This document shows positions 10,083 to 20,093 of a stretch of 64,000 bases of DNA, in pieces. Each line of letters opens with the position of its first letter. Position 1 is the first letter of the stretch. A program made the position numbers and the translations under genes. Below the pieces are notes generated by a model that was not told where the DNA came from, did no database searches, and saw nothing but the letters and a program-made list of their open reading frames with translations. Location of the stretch: the NCBI GenBank assembly GCA_036838085.1, contig DAITGX010000029.1, positions 1 to 64,000 on the forward strand, given 5' to 3'. The stretch comes from Polyangiaceae bacterium. Lineage in GTDB: Bacteria; Myxococcota_A; Polyangia; Polyangiales; Polyangiaceae.

Positions 10083-10658
10083 TCATTCCGTCACGGTTAT
10101 CGTGATCTCATCCCAAGCGCGTTCCCGATGCTGCTGGTCGTAGCCCACGAGCCGAAGCGAATGAAAACCAGGCTCTGAAATCCACAAACGCCCCGACTTC
10201 GTCAACACAGGCTCCCACAACTCCGTCAAAGGAATCGAATCCGAAAAAATTTGTACGTAATCCACGTGACGAGCGCCAATCTCGAAAAAGAGGGGATTCG
10301 ATAGCGCCGCCCCCTCCGACGGTTGGATGAAAAACACTTTGCTTTCCAAGGGTTCCATCGTGGAGGGCATGGCATCCTCCGCGTCGGCTTCCCCCTCGAC
10401 AACACCCCCCTCCTGCCTTTCTTGGGCTTCCTCCTCGCCTCGCCCCGCATCCTGGAACGGCCATGGGGATGACGGCGCTTCCGCTTCGACCGAGTCTTGA
10501 GAAGGCTGCGGTTCAGAAGCCGTGGCCGCCTCAGAGGAAGGTTCATCAGTCATTTCAGGTTGATGACCGTCCGGAAATGAAACGAAAACCGGATCCGAAC
10601 ATCCCAAACCCAAGATCAACAACCCGCCTAGCACCATGGGGATAATCATCTTGCCCAT
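10083..10658 (-). CDS. Acidic secreted lipoprotein (unknown)
   Basis: MGKMIIPMVLGGLLILGLGCS lipoprotein signal. Long E/D/S/P-rich low-complexity linker, then a ~90 aa C-terminal domain. Confidence 0.5.
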   Translation of the reverse strand: MGKMIIPMVLGGLLILGLGCSDPVFVSFPDGHQPEMTDEPSSEAATASEPQPSQDSVEAEAPSSPWPFQDAGRGEEEAQERQEGGVVEGEADAEDAMPSTMEPLESKVFFIQPSEGAALSNPLFFEIGARHVDYVQIFSDSIPLTELWEPVLTKSGRLWISEPGFHSLRLVGYDQQHRERAWDEITITVTE

Positions 10659-10808
10659 GCCCAAGGAACTACAGCACATATACCTATATTGCCAGATATA
10701 AAAATACGATTAGCTACATTGTAGCAATACTGCGTTTGTCCGCTATGTTCAAACACCCCCGTGGCAAAGGACACCATTTCCTCGCCTCCCCGCCTGAAAA
10801 AGGCATTG

Positions 10809-11411
10809 TCATGGGGGGCGAAGTTCCACCTTTTTGACCACCATCACCTCGCAGGAACCAGCCCCCGAGTCCTGCCGTGATAGCGACGAGCGCCATCTCC
10901 ACCCGTCGCTCCCCCGAATTTCCACAAGATAGCCTTCGAGACGCACGATATCGTGTCTGCACACGGCTGCCAGCGCGGATTTCACGTCCCCATTGGCGGG
11001 AATAACGTGCATATTGCCGCTGTGCCGAATAATTTCATCCACGGGGATCGGAGGTCCTTTGGCGTCCCAACGATAATGATACCAACGGCCATATTGCTCG
11101 ATTTCCAGTTTTCCATAGATGGCTGAATCGCTCATCGCCCCCCAGCCAAGCGCCAGGTCGTAGGGTGCCAATTCCGATTCACGACCAAACCAATAGCGCT
11201 CCTTACCAAGCACCCGCGCTTCGAGCTTCAGGGTCGCAAGCGCTTCGAACTCGTAATCTCCCAACTTTTCCATCTTGGGAGCCGGTAACGAAACCTGCAC
11301 CGGATCGTTGGGCGCTTGCACGCCCGGCTCGGGAAGGCCGCCTTCACAGGCCATCGCGGCCAATCCAGCCGAAATAAGCCATCCGCCCGCCACGCAATCG
11401 CTGGTTCGCAT
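10809..11411 (-). CDS. Hypothetical lipoprotein
   Basis: MRTSDCVAGGWLISAGLAAMAC signal/lipobox. Coding-like composition. No recognisable domain. Confidence 0.5.
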   Translation of the reverse strand: MRTSDCVAGGWLISAGLAAMACEGGLPEPGVQAPNDPVQVSLPAPKMEKLGDYEFEALATLKLEARVLGKERYWFGRESELAPYDLALGWGAMSDSAIYGKLEIEQYGRWYHYRWDAKGPPIPVDEIIRHSGNMHVIPANGDVKSALAAVCRHDIVRLEGYLVEIRGSDGWRWRSSLSRQDSGAGSCEVMVVKKVELRPP

Positions 11412-11440
11412 GCCATGGCCCGATCGAATTCGCCTGCCGG

Positions 11441-11941
11441 CTATTCACCCATCGCAGGACCGCTGGCTTCCCAATTCTCTGCCGACGTCGTCACCACCGC
11501 TGTCGTCCTGCGGTATTCCTTGTCGATGGGTCGCCCATAACACGGCAACGGATCGGAGCTTTCTGGGCTCTTTTCCGGGGTTGGGCTCTCTTTCGACAGC
11601 CCGGCTTCGCCCACAGAACGCACGATGATATAAGAAGGAATGGCCTGATCGGTGGGAAACCACCATGGATTCCAAACCGGGTCTTGCGCTTGTTTCAGCA
11701 ACTGTACGGAAAGAATATCCACCCAAACTTCACTGACATTCAACGCGTTGACTTGCGCCAAAATATCTTCGAGGTCCCTATCGAGGCATAAACAAGCTTG
11801 ACGAACCGCATCATCGGCGTGTTGCGCTTGAACCACTTTCGCAGCGGGAAATGTCGCTCGATACGGCATGCAACTGATCCGTGTGTAACGCAAAACCAGC
11901 TCGACTCTGAAGTACCGAACGTTTTCGGGCTGATGCTTCAC
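11441..11941 (-). CDS. Hypothetical protein, translationally coupled to fxsA
   Basis: ORF start overlaps the fxsA stop by 4 nt (11938–11941). No recognisable domain. Confidence 0.45.
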   Translation of the reverse strand: MKHQPENVRYFRVELVLRYTRISCMPYRATFPAAKVVQAQHADDAVRQACLCLDRDLEDILAQVNALNVSEVWVDILSVQLLKQAQDPVWNPWWFPTDQAIPSYIIVRSVGEAGLSKESPTPEKSPESSDPLPCYGRPIDKEYRRTTAVVTTSAENWEASGPAMGE

Positions 11942-12501
11942 GGTTCTTCGTCCTCCCGGATACTGTCGTCCGAACTACCCGGACCCAACAGCAATCCTTC
12001 TTGAATTTCGACACCTTCCGTATCCACGACCTCGCCATGCCCGCTTTTTGAAAAAAACTCCGCCGCGCCAGGCATCCAGCCGTGCTGTTCGGGGGCTTGT
12101 TCCCATCCTTGCGGATCGAGGGCAACGACCTGCATGACGCCTTGTCGAGCTTTTTTCTCCATGACCGCGCGCAGACGCTCTGCAACCATGCACCGAAAAC
12201 GCGGAACGAGCAAAAGAAGACCGAAAAGGTCCGTCAAAAAACCCGGAAGAAGCAAGAAAACCCCGGCTGCGAGAATGAGAAATCCGCTCAGAATACCATC
12301 GCTCGGGAGCTGACCTTCGGATAACGACTGCCGCACCAGGCTCCAGACCCGAATTCCCCCCCGCTTGACCAGCACGCCACCCAGCACGCCGGTGACGAGC
12401 ATGAGGCCCAAGGTTTTCCAGACGCCAATCCACGATCCAACTGCCGACAGCACGAATACTTCGAGGACAAAAGCCAGCAGCAGAAAGGCAAAATAGCGCA
12501 C
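11938..12501 (-). CDS. fxsA: FxsA family cytoplasmic membrane protein
   Basis: MRYFAFLLLAFVLEVFVLSAVGSWIGVWKTLGLMLVTGVLGGVLVKRGG…ILAAGVFLLLPGFLTDLFGLLLLVP matches the FxsA pattern (…LLLLPGFFTDFLGLLLLLP). Confidence 0.75.
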   Translation of the reverse strand: MRYFAFLLLAFVLEVFVLSAVGSWIGVWKTLGLMLVTGVLGGVLVKRGGIRVWSLVRQSLSEGQLPSDGILSGFLILAAGVFLLLPGFLTDLFGLLLLVPRFRCMVAERLRAVMEKKARQGVMQVVALDPQGWEQAPEQHGWMPGAAEFFSKSGHGEVVDTEGVEIQEGLLLGPGSSDDSIREDEEP

Positions 12502-12685
12502 GCCCCTACCCTAGCCACGACAAGGTCGAGTTCCAAAGTAGAACGACACCAGGGGGGAGAAGATTTTCGTTTCGCTTATAAGTAATTATATTTATTGTGC
12601 TTTTTGGGGTTCTTCGAAGTCGATCCCCCCGCGAATCCCACGGCTATCCCCCAACCGCCCGTCGACCACGAGCCGCCGAAATCCA

Positions 12686-14236
12686 TCAGTCGGGTGAAGA
12701 GACCGCGGTCGGATCACGCTGGAAATAGCTCACGAAGGCCATGATTTCCCGAAAGACGTCCTGGGCTTCCATGTCTTGCATCATCTCGTGACCGCTATGT
12801 TCGAACCAAACCATTTCCCGAATCGGTGAACTGACTTTTTCGTAAATGATATTGGCCGATTCCGGCGCAATGATTTGATCCTTTTTCGACTGGAGAATGC
12901 GGATGGGGACATGGACTTCCGGCAAACGCTCGGCAATTCGCCGCGAATAATCGTAAAGGGAAGCGAAAGAGTCCGTGGCGAACATCGGATAGTTGGTGCA
13001 ACGCTTCGCCAAGGTCGGGTCGTTGAAAGACTCGGGCGACGGCCAGTACCGGACCCCTTTGGAAAGCAGAGACGTAAACATGGCGAGCGGGTCTTTGAAC
13101 TTGAGCGCCGCCGCCACCGTGACCAAACCCGCGATTTTGTCGGGATGACGCATGGCAAGCTCGAGCCCCACCAATCCTCCCATGCTCAGACCGACCACCA
13201 CCACCCGATCCACGCGATTCCACAATTGAAGAAGCGCGCGGTCCGCATCCACATACCAGTCCCGCGCCGTGACCCCCCGCATGTCCTGATACCGCGTGCC
13301 GTGACCGCGCAGAATCGGCCGCTCATAGTCGATCCCCTGCTTTTCGAGAAATGGTAGCAGCCCATCGACCGTGTCCGTCGAGGACGTGAATCCATGCAAT
13401 AGCAGCACACCAACCTTTTCGTAGGCGGGCGGCGCGGGAATGGGCACCTCGATGGGAGCGTAATTGCTGCGGTGATCGACGAGTTCGGAGATGCGACGCA
13501 TCAACTCATCGGTGAGTTCCCTCAGCACTTCCTTATCGACTTCTTGGCCGTGGTATTGGGAATAATCGATGGGCTCGCCGAACCGAATACGGATAGGAGA
13601 GGCGCCAGGCATGCGCAAAACCTCGAGCCGTGGATAGATTTCCGGAGGAAGCGCCCGCCCCGTGCCCGACACCCCCACCGGGACAATGGGAACACCTGCG
13701 CTGATGGCCAGTCGCACCGCGCCCGTCTTGCCCCTTAGCAAACCCGTCGACCGATCGACTGCACGACGCGGTATGTCTTCTTCTCCGGGGATCGTCCCTT
13801 CTGGGTAAATGGCCACCACCTTGCCCGAGCGAAGCGCTTCCTCAATATTATGCAGCGCTTCCGCATCGCCTCCACGGTTGACAAAGACGGATTCGGATAG
13901 CTCGATGAGATGACGCAACACCGGCCAGCTCTTGAACTCCATCTTCGCTACAAAATGAACACGACGCGGGCAAGAAGCCGTCAATACTTGAACATCCAGC
14001 CAGCTCTGGTGGTTCGATGCCATGACCAATCCACCGCTCGCCGGAACGTTTTCGGCTCCCTCGATGGCCAATTCATTGAGCCACTCAAACTGCGTGCGCA
14101 TCATCCCGCCGAACGTGTTGTACGCAGCACTGGAAATACGGTCGAATACCTCGCGCTGCCGAATCGTCTGAAGCAGGCGGTCGAGTACCCAATCGGCTGG
14201 AGTCAAGACGGCGTTCGCAATCTTCTGTCGATTCAT
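12686..14236 (-). CDS. Fusion of 1-acyl-sn-glycerol-3-phosphate acyltransferase (PlsC-like) with an alpha/beta-hydrolase (esterase/lipase) domain
   Basis: N-half carries the acyltransferase motifs NHQSWLDVQV (HX4D) and IYPEGT. C-half has the serine nucleophile elbow VVGLSMGGLVGL plus …EHSGHEMM, a serine-hydrolase fold. Confidence 0.8.
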   Translation of the reverse strand: MNRQKIANAVLTPADWVLDRLLQTIRQREVFDRISSAAYNTFGGMMRTQFEWLNELAIEGAENVPASGGLVMASNHQSWLDVQVLTASCPRRVHFVAKMEFKSWPVLRHLIELSESVFVNRGGDAEALHNIEEALRSGKVVAIYPEGTIPGEEDIPRRAVDRSTGLLRGKTGAVRLAISAGVPIVPVGVSGTGRALPPEIYPRLEVLRMPGASPIRIRFGEPIDYSQYHGQEVDKEVLRELTDELMRRISELVDHRSNYAPIEVPIPAPPAYEKVGVLLLHGFTSSTDTVDGLLPFLEKQGIDYERPILRGHGTRYQDMRGVTARDWYVDADRALLQLWNRVDRVVVVGLSMGGLVGLELAMRHPDKIAGLVTVAAALKFKDPLAMFTSLLSKGVRYWPSPESFNDPTLAKRCTNYPMFATDSFASLYDYSRRIAERLPEVHVPIRILQSKKDQIIAPESANIIYEKVSSPIREMVWFEHSGHEMMQDMEAQDVFREIMAFVSYFQRDPTAVSSPD

Positions 14237-14483
14237 TCCTTAAACCTCGAAATGGGGGCAGATTGCCGCAATCAACGCGGCGCGTTATCCATAGCATGAA
14301 CTCGACCCGACGCGTCATCGATTTTTCCACCGAAAGCGTGATGAGCCTTCGTGAAAATAAGGCATTCGAGAACGATAGGGCGCCGCCCGCCTCGCTCGTA
14401 TCCGCGTTGAAGTTCTTGCCCAACCCCCCCATGCTGAGGCAAGCCGAGGTAGAGCCCGTCGAACCCGCGCAAACGGATAGGCA

Positions 14484-15443
14484 ATGATCTTCGAGGACCA
14501 GAACGAACTCAAGGCCCGTATCGAACAAGTCACGCCGCGACGAGCCGCCAAGACCGTGGTCGTACATACGGATACCACGGCCTATATGGGAATCGAAGGC
14601 GGTCATGTCCTTCGCCTGCAAGGCAACGATTACTTCGTGCTCGGCGATGCCCAGGAAGGACGCTTCGGTATCGATGATCAGCCGAAATTTTGGGTCAAAT
14701 ACGCCGTGGACCTCACCACCGCCGAGCACAAAATCATCAAACTCGTCTTCCACGAACAGTTTTCCACCAACGTCGGCATGGTGCGCGTTCGCTGCATCCG
14801 AAGCCCCCAAAAAGAATCGCGAGTGCTCGACCTCGTGTCCGGCCACGACCGATTCATGCAAGGCAAAACCGTCGTCGACCCCGCAGGAAATCCCGTCCGA
14901 ATCGTCGACTTCATCCGAGGAAAAAGCCTATACGCGGTCCTCGAAGCTTCCGATATGCCCCATGAACGTTATTGGAACGAAGTGCTGCCAGGCATCATGC
15001 AGCAGTTGCTCACATGCATGGAAGCCATGGCTTGGCTGCATAGCATGGGCGAACATCACGGCGATATTCGCAACGACCATATCCTCATCGAACGCGAAAC
15101 CGGACGCTTCACATGGATCGACTTCGATTATGAGGTGAACTTCTCCGACTACGATGTGTGGAGCATGGGCAATGTGCTTACGTATGTGGTGGGGCAAGGC
15201 ATGCATACGTTTTCACAAGTGCAAAAAAGCCCAGCTTCCTATCCTTACGCCCAGCCGCTGCAAGAAGAAGACGCCCTCGTCTTGTACAAGCATCGAATTG
15301 CCAATTTGCGCAAGCTCTTCCCTTATATCCCCATCGAACTCAACGAGATACTAATGCGCTTTTCCCTTGGCACCACCGAGCCCTACGAGGATCTCGATAG
15401 CCAGGTACGCGACTTGCGATCGATCTTCGGTCGTCTGTGCTGA
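14484..15443 (+). CDS. Atypical protein-kinase-like (PKL) fold protein
   Basis: Catalytic-loop-like HHGDIRNDHILIE and DFG-like WIDFDY. No canonical Hanks subdomains otherwise. Divergently transcribed from the plsC fusion. Confidence 0.55.
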   Translation: MIFEDQNELKARIEQVTPRRAAKTVVVHTDTTAYMGIEGGHVLRLQGNDYFVLGDAQEGRFGIDDQPKFWVKYAVDLTTAEHKIIKLVFHEQFSTNVGMVRVRCIRSPQKESRVLDLVSGHDRFMQGKTVVDPAGNPVRIVDFIRGKSLYAVLEASDMPHERYWNEVLPGIMQQLLTCMEAMAWLHSMGEHHGDIRNDHILIERETGRFTWIDFDYEVNFSDYDVWSMGNVLTYVVGQGMHTFSQVQKSPASYPYAQPLQEEDALVLYKHRIANLRKLFPYIPIELNEILMRFSLGTTEPYEDLDSQVRDLRSIFGRLC

Positions 15444-15548
15444 AGTGATTCTCACGAACCGAGAGGGACAGATGGCCATCAGCATGGGGCAAACGAGTTA
15501 TGCGTCATGTTCCGAATTCGGGCTGGGGCTCGGACGCTCTGCAACGAA

Positions 15549-16340
15549 TCACATTGGGCTGTCGCGTTTGACGACCAGCAAGGGCAATTCTTCCGCCAAC
15601 GCCGAAGGCAAGACCCGCAGGAGCCACGTCTCGGGCCCCAGGCTTGTCGCATCATGAAACGCCTGTTCGTTGACCGCCACGACTTGTCCGCTCAGCGGCA
15701 TCGCCACGCCGTGGGCATCGCCCTCTTCATTCGATAGCACCAGCCCCACGAATCCCTGCTCGATCAACTCGATTTCCTGCGGTGGGGTGATGGCCAAAAT
15801 GGCCCCCGTGGCTTTCAGAAAGCTCTCTTCCACACCCACCGCGAAGGTACCTTCTTGTTCGTAACGGGCCCAGGAGTGGTGCGGAAGAAAAACGGTCATT
15901 CCGGGCACGAGAGATTGAGGATGCACCACGCCTTCGCTCTCGTGAATGGCTTGATCCTCGATGCGCAACGCCCGTTTGACCGGACTCAATAGTTCTTTTC
16001 GCGTGAAAGGCTTGGCCACGTAATCGACCGCACCCAGTCGCATGGCCTGGACGGCAGTGCGTATGGTCGGATAGCCCGTCACCATTAGAACAGGGGTCGT
16101 ATTGCCCCGCGCACGCAGCTCTTGAAGCAACTCGATGCCGTTCATCTGCGGCATCATCAGGTCCGTGATGATCAAGTCGAACGAGTCGGTTTGGAGCCGC
16201 GCAAGACCTTCCCGAGCCGATAAGACTCCGTCCACCCCAAAGCCCAGACGAGACAAGACCTTCCTCATGCTCGCATGGACGACGTCCTCGTCATCGATGA
16301 CCAAAACCCTGCGGTTGGCAGCGTCGTGATTTTGGGTCAT
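15549..16340 (-). CDS. Response regulator: receiver domain fused to a GcvH-like (glycine-cleavage H / lipoyl-fold) domain lacking the lipoyl-lysine
   Basis: Receiver RVLVIDDEDVV…DLIITDLMMPQMNG…VLMVTG…DYVAKPF. C-domain …HSWARYEQEGTFAVGVEESFLKATGAILAIT…IEQGFVGLVLSNEEGDAHGVAMPLSGQVVAVNEQAFHD aligns with E. coli GcvH ([37 protein letters not shown]…[25 protein letters not shown]) but has no lysine at the ESVK position. ATG at 16340 overlaps the kinase stop (ATGA). Confidence 0.8.
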   Translation of the reverse strand: MTQNHDAANRRVLVIDDEDVVHASMRKVLSRLGFGVDGVLSAREGLARLQTDSFDLIITDLMMPQMNGIELLQELRARGNTTPVLMVTGYPTIRTAVQAMRLGAVDYVAKPFTRKELLSPVKRALRIEDQAIHESEGVVHPQSLVPGMTVFLPHHSWARYEQEGTFAVGVEESFLKATGAILAITPPQEIELIEQGFVGLVLSNEEGDAHGVAMPLSGQVVAVNEQAFHDATSLGPETWLLRVLPSALAEELPLLVVKRDSPM

Positions 16341-18223
16341 GAATAGCTCCCCTCGTGTTTCCTGGCTTCTTCCGTGGAAGAACCCCGTCTTCCCTCCCCG
16401 GCAGCGGGAAGGACGACACGAAATACAGTACCTTTTCCCATCGTGGATTGCACGGTGATGCGTCCGGCGTGTTGATCGACGATGCTTCTGACGGCTGCAA
16501 GGCCCAAGCCGTTTCCCTGGGCTCCTTTGGTGGTAAAAAACGGCTCGAATACCCGTGCCCAATGCTCTTCGGGGATGCCCACACCCTCGTCTTTGACATC
16601 CAATACCACCATTCCTGCTTCATCGACCCCTACCCAGCAGTCGATGGCCCCTTTTCCTCCCATCGCATCGCGCGCGTTGATGATGAGGTTGAGAATCGCT
16701 TGTTGAAGCTGGTTCGCATCCGCGAGCACTTCTGGCGTGTTGGGCTCGACATGCACACGAAAGACGATGTCGTGAAAAGACGCTTGTTTTTCCACGAGCT
16801 TGAGCGCTTGGCGCAAGACGGATTCAGGACGAAGACGCTGTCGATCGGGTTTGGTTTGACGAGAAAAATCGAGCAAATCCCGTACGATTTGCCGACAACG
16901 CAGCGTCTCGCGAACCACGAAATCCAGGTCTTCCCGCGCGGTGGAATCAGGCTCCGCATCGTCGCGCAATTCCTCCGCGAACGTGAGAATCCCCGTCAGA
17001 GGATTGTTGATTTCATGGGCTACACCCGCCGCAAGCTTGCCCACGGCCGCATGTTTTTCCGTCAGCAATAGCTCGTGCTGCAAGCGTCGCGAATCGGTAA
17101 CGTCCCGCGACACATTGCAGATCGCCACGATCTCGTTTTTGTAATCGCGCAGCAAAATCCGCTCCGAAATCAGGATTTTCTCCACACCCCCAAGAACCAA
17201 CACTTCCTCATCACTGCGATGCCCCCCACTTCGCACGATGGCCGCATCGTTGCGTTCCATGACACTCGCAATGGCCGGAGAAAAAAGCTGTCGCGCCGTT
17301 TTGCCCAAAAATGCTTCGGTGGGAATGCCAAAAAAACGAGAGGCACTCGGATTCGCCAATTGATACCGGCCATCCAACCCCTTGATGGTGATGATGCCTC
17401 GCACGGTCGCCATGATTTGATCGAAACGATGAGCCGCTTCCTTCGTTTCCCGCGTGAGCAAGATCTGCTCGGTGACCTCTCGGGAGGTGATGACCACCCG
17501 TCGCTTTCCCGAAGGCGAACCGATGGGATTCGCGGTCACCTCGTAATACGCCTCCCGATCGCCGTTATGCGCGCCAATGCATGCATGCTGGCGAATGACA
17601 GTCAGCGGTTCACCGCTGGCAAGTACCTGAATTCGCGGACAATCCGGCACCACCACGCCGCGAGAACAATCCTCGTGCGGACAACAAACCGCCGCACAAT
17701 ACTGCCCCTGGATTTGCCCGTGATGAAGCGAGGTCAACGTTTCGAAACGACGATTGACGCGCTCGATACGGCCCTGCTCATCGACCACCATGACGGCATC
17801 CGGCAAAGAATCGAGAATGTCCTGCAAGTTGCGACGATCCTGCTGGATTTCTGCTTCCAGCTTGGTTTTCTCATCGAGTTGACCGCGAAGGTTCTGGGCC
17901 ACTTCGTCGAGATCCCAAAACACGCGAGCCATGGTGTGATCCATTACGCGCACACCGGCGGGAGCCCGACGCACGATCTCGTCGCGAACGATATCGATGC
18001 CAGTAACCTCGATGATCAATTCGAGGTCGGGCAATCGGATGGCTTCGGCCAGATCGGTAAAGGTTCGCCATCCATTTTCGCGAGCCAAAACCATGGCCGG
18101 CGCATCGGGGTCCAGGTCGACAACGCCAAGGATTTGCAGGCTGAGTGTAGCCAGCCGGCGCTGGATCACGAGTTCCAGCACAGCGCGACAGCCTCGTCCG
18201 CCACCGACGAATACCGTTCTCAT
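16337..18223 (-). CDS. Sensor histidine kinase with N-terminal Rossmann-like domain and Cys-rich PAS region
   Basis: H-box AHEINNPLTGIL. HATPase GLGLAAVRSIVDQHAGRITVQS…GKGTVFRVVLP. N-terminal VFVGGGRGCRAVLELV… resembles a dinucleotide/CoA-binding fold. Middle region carries six clustered Cys (QYCAAVCCPHEDCSRGVVVPDCPRIQ…HACIG). Confidence 0.85.
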   Translation of the reverse strand: MRTVFVGGGRGCRAVLELVIQRRLATLSLQILGVVDLDPDAPAMVLARENGWRTFTDLAEAIRLPDLELIIEVTGIDIVRDEIVRRAPAGVRVMDHTMARVFWDLDEVAQNLRGQLDEKTKLEAEIQQDRRNLQDILDSLPDAVMVVDEQGRIERVNRRFETLTSLHHGQIQGQYCAAVCCPHEDCSRGVVVPDCPRIQVLASGEPLTVIRQHACIGAHNGDREAYYEVTANPIGSPSGKRRVVITSREVTEQILLTRETKEAAHRFDQIMATVRGIITIKGLDGRYQLANPSASRFFGIPTEAFLGKTARQLFSPAIASVMERNDAAIVRSGGHRSDEEVLVLGGVEKILISERILLRDYKNEIVAICNVSRDVTDSRRLQHELLLTEKHAAVGKLAAGVAHEINNPLTGILTFAEELRDDAEPDSTAREDLDFVVRETLRCRQIVRDLLDFSRQTKPDRQRLRPESVLRQALKLVEKQASFHDIVFRVHVEPNTPEVLADANQLQQAILNLIINARDAMGGKGAIDCWVGVDEAGMVVLDVKDEGVGIPEEHWARVFEPFFTTKGAQGNGLGLAAVRSIVDQHAGRITVQSTMGKGTVFRVVLPAAGEGRRGSSTEEARKHEGSYS

Positions 18224-18401
18224 CGTCTGGACTCCGTGTTGTTAGGGGGCTTAGACAAGGGTAACACGAAGGCCGCGGATGGGAGCCGCGGAACTCGTGG
18301 CGCATGAGTCAGGGCGAAAACATGGCTTGTTGCCACCTGCTCGCGACCATGGCGATACGACTTCGAAAATTGCTTCGATAGGGCCGAGGCCGCTGGGGGA
18401 T

Positions 18402-19487
18402 TCAACCCGCCGCTTCCATCACCGCCCGCGCCACCCGCTGCTGCTCATCCTCGCCCAAGTACGGATGCATCGGCAGGCTCAGCACTCGTTGCGCCAGGGC
18501 GTCTCCCACCGGCAGACTGACCTTCGCATCCGCCACGGCCGGTTGTTGATTCAACGGCATGGGATAATGCACGGCAGTAGGAATTCCTTTTTCTTTCAAA
18601 TAGTTACACACTTTCCGACGATCGGATACCTGCAGGGTGTACTGCGCCCAGGCGCTGGTATTGTGGGGCGCGACGACGGGAAGGGTTACGGGGCAAGACG
18701 CCAACCACGCAGCATAACGCCCGGCCACTTGTTGTCGTAGCGCCAATTCTTCTTCGAAAATCGATAGCTTGGGTAAAAGTACCGCGGCTTGAAGGGTATC
18801 CAAACGGCTGTTGATACCCACGCGCACGTGGTGATAACGGCTCTGTTGTCCGTGACGGGCGATCTGGCGCATGAGCTGGGCCAGCGTTTCGTCACTCGTG
18901 AAGATGGCGCCGCCATCGCCATAACAGCCGAGAGGCTTGCTCGGGAAAAAGCTCGTGCAAGCGATGGTGCTGAGGTTACCGCTTTTTCGTCCCTTGTAGC
19001 TGGCACCAAAGCTCTGGGCTCCATCTTCGATCACCGGGATGCCATGCCGCGCGGCGATCGCGTTGATGGCGTCCATGTCCGCGCATTGGCCGTAGAGGCT
19101 GACAGCGATGATGGCTTTGGTCCGTGGGGTGATGGCCTCTTCGAGCCGAGCGGGGTCGAGGTTATAGGAGCAAGGGTCGACGTCGACGAAGACGGGTTTG
19201 GCACCGAGCAGGGCCACGGTTTCGGCGGTGGCGATGAAAGTGAAAGCGGGAGTGATGACCTCGTCGCCGGGGCCGATATCGAGGGCCATTTGAGCGATTT
19301 GCAGGGCATCGGTGCCGTTGGCGACGCTGATGCAAAAGCGGGCGCCGGTATAGACGGCAAGTTTTTCTTCCAGTTCGGCCACTTCCGGTCCGAGGATGAA
19401 CTGACCGTGGTCCAACACCTTCTGGATGTTGGTGTCGATTTGCGCTTTTACCCGTTGGTATTGGGCTTTCAGATCCACGAATTGCAT
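18402..19487 (-). CDS. DegT/DnrJ/EryC1/StrS-family PLP-dependent sugar aminotransferase
   Basis: MQFVDLKAQYQRVKAQIDTNIQKVLDHGQFILGPEVAELE… and …SFFPSKPLGCYGDGG (PLP-lysine motif), typical of UDP/dTDP-4-keto-sugar aminotransferases. Confidence 0.85.
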   Translation of the reverse strand: MQFVDLKAQYQRVKAQIDTNIQKVLDHGQFILGPEVAELEEKLAVYTGARFCISVANGTDALQIAQMALDIGPGDEVITPAFTFIATAETVALLGAKPVFVDVDPCSYNLDPARLEEAITPRTKAIIAVSLYGQCADMDAINAIAARHGIPVIEDGAQSFGASYKGRKSGNLSTIACTSFFPSKPLGCYGDGGAIFTSDETLAQLMRQIARHGQQSRYHHVRVGINSRLDTLQAAVLLPKLSIFEEELALRQQVAGRYAAWLASCPVTLPVVAPHNTSAWAQYTLQVSDRRKVCNYLKEKGIPTAVHYPMPLNQQPAVADAKVSLPVGDALAQRVLSLPMHPYLGEDEQQRVARAVMEAAG

Positions 19488-19493
19488 GGGTCC

Positions 19494-20093
19494 TCAGGCT
19501 GATAATTTGCGAACGACGCGGCCCCTGAGTTCATATTTCGCGCCCATATGGGGGCAGACGGCATGTTCGTGGCCTTCCAAAGGAAGGTCGAGTCGCTCGC
19601 CGTATTCACTCATCCAGCCGATTTGACGAGCTGGCACTCCTACCATGAGCGCATAGTCCGGCACGTCTTGGTTGACCACCGCTCCAGCCCCGACGAAGGC
19701 GTAGGAACCGATGGTAATCCCGCAAAGAATGGTGCAATTCGCGCCGAGGGTGGCGCCCTTTTTGACCAACGTGGCGCGGTATTCATGCTTGCGCTCGATG
19801 AGCGAACGCGGATTGTAGACATTGGTGAACACCATGCTTGGGCCGCAAAAAACACCTTCTTCCAACGTAACGCCATCGTAAACGCTAACGTTATTTTGGA
19901 TTTTGCATCGGTCACCGATGACGACCCGATTGCCGACAAAAACGTTTTGACCGAGGGAAACCCCCTGGCCGATGCGTGCCCCGGCGCAAACGTGGACGAA
20001 GTGCCAGACACGGCTGCCAGTGCCGATTTGCGCGCCGTCATCGACGATGGCGCTGGGATGAATCAGGGGAGGCGTCATTTCAAGGGGATTCAT
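19494..20093 (-). CDS. Left-handed beta-helix (hexapeptide-repeat) sugar N-acyltransferase
   Basis: Hexapeptide repeats …[34 protein letters not shown]…[40 protein letters not shown]. Sits immediately downstream of the aminotransferase, the classic aminotransferase/N-acetyltransferase pair. Confidence 0.8.
   Translation of the reverse strand: MNPLEMTPPLIHPSAIVDDGAQIGTGSRVWHFVHVCAGARIGQGVSLGQNVFVGNRVVIGDRCKIQNNVSVYDGVTLEEGVFCGPSMVFTNVYNPRSLIERKHEYRATLVKKGATLGANCTILCGITIGSYAFVGAGAVVNQDVPDYALMVGVPARQIGWMSEYGERLDLPLEGHEHAVCPHMGAKYELRGRVVRKLSA

Noticed and set aside
17075-18307. 410-aa plus-strand ORF opposite the histidine kinase
   Set aside because: Antisense shadow with no domain signatures. 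The kinase frame carries H-box and HATPase motifs.
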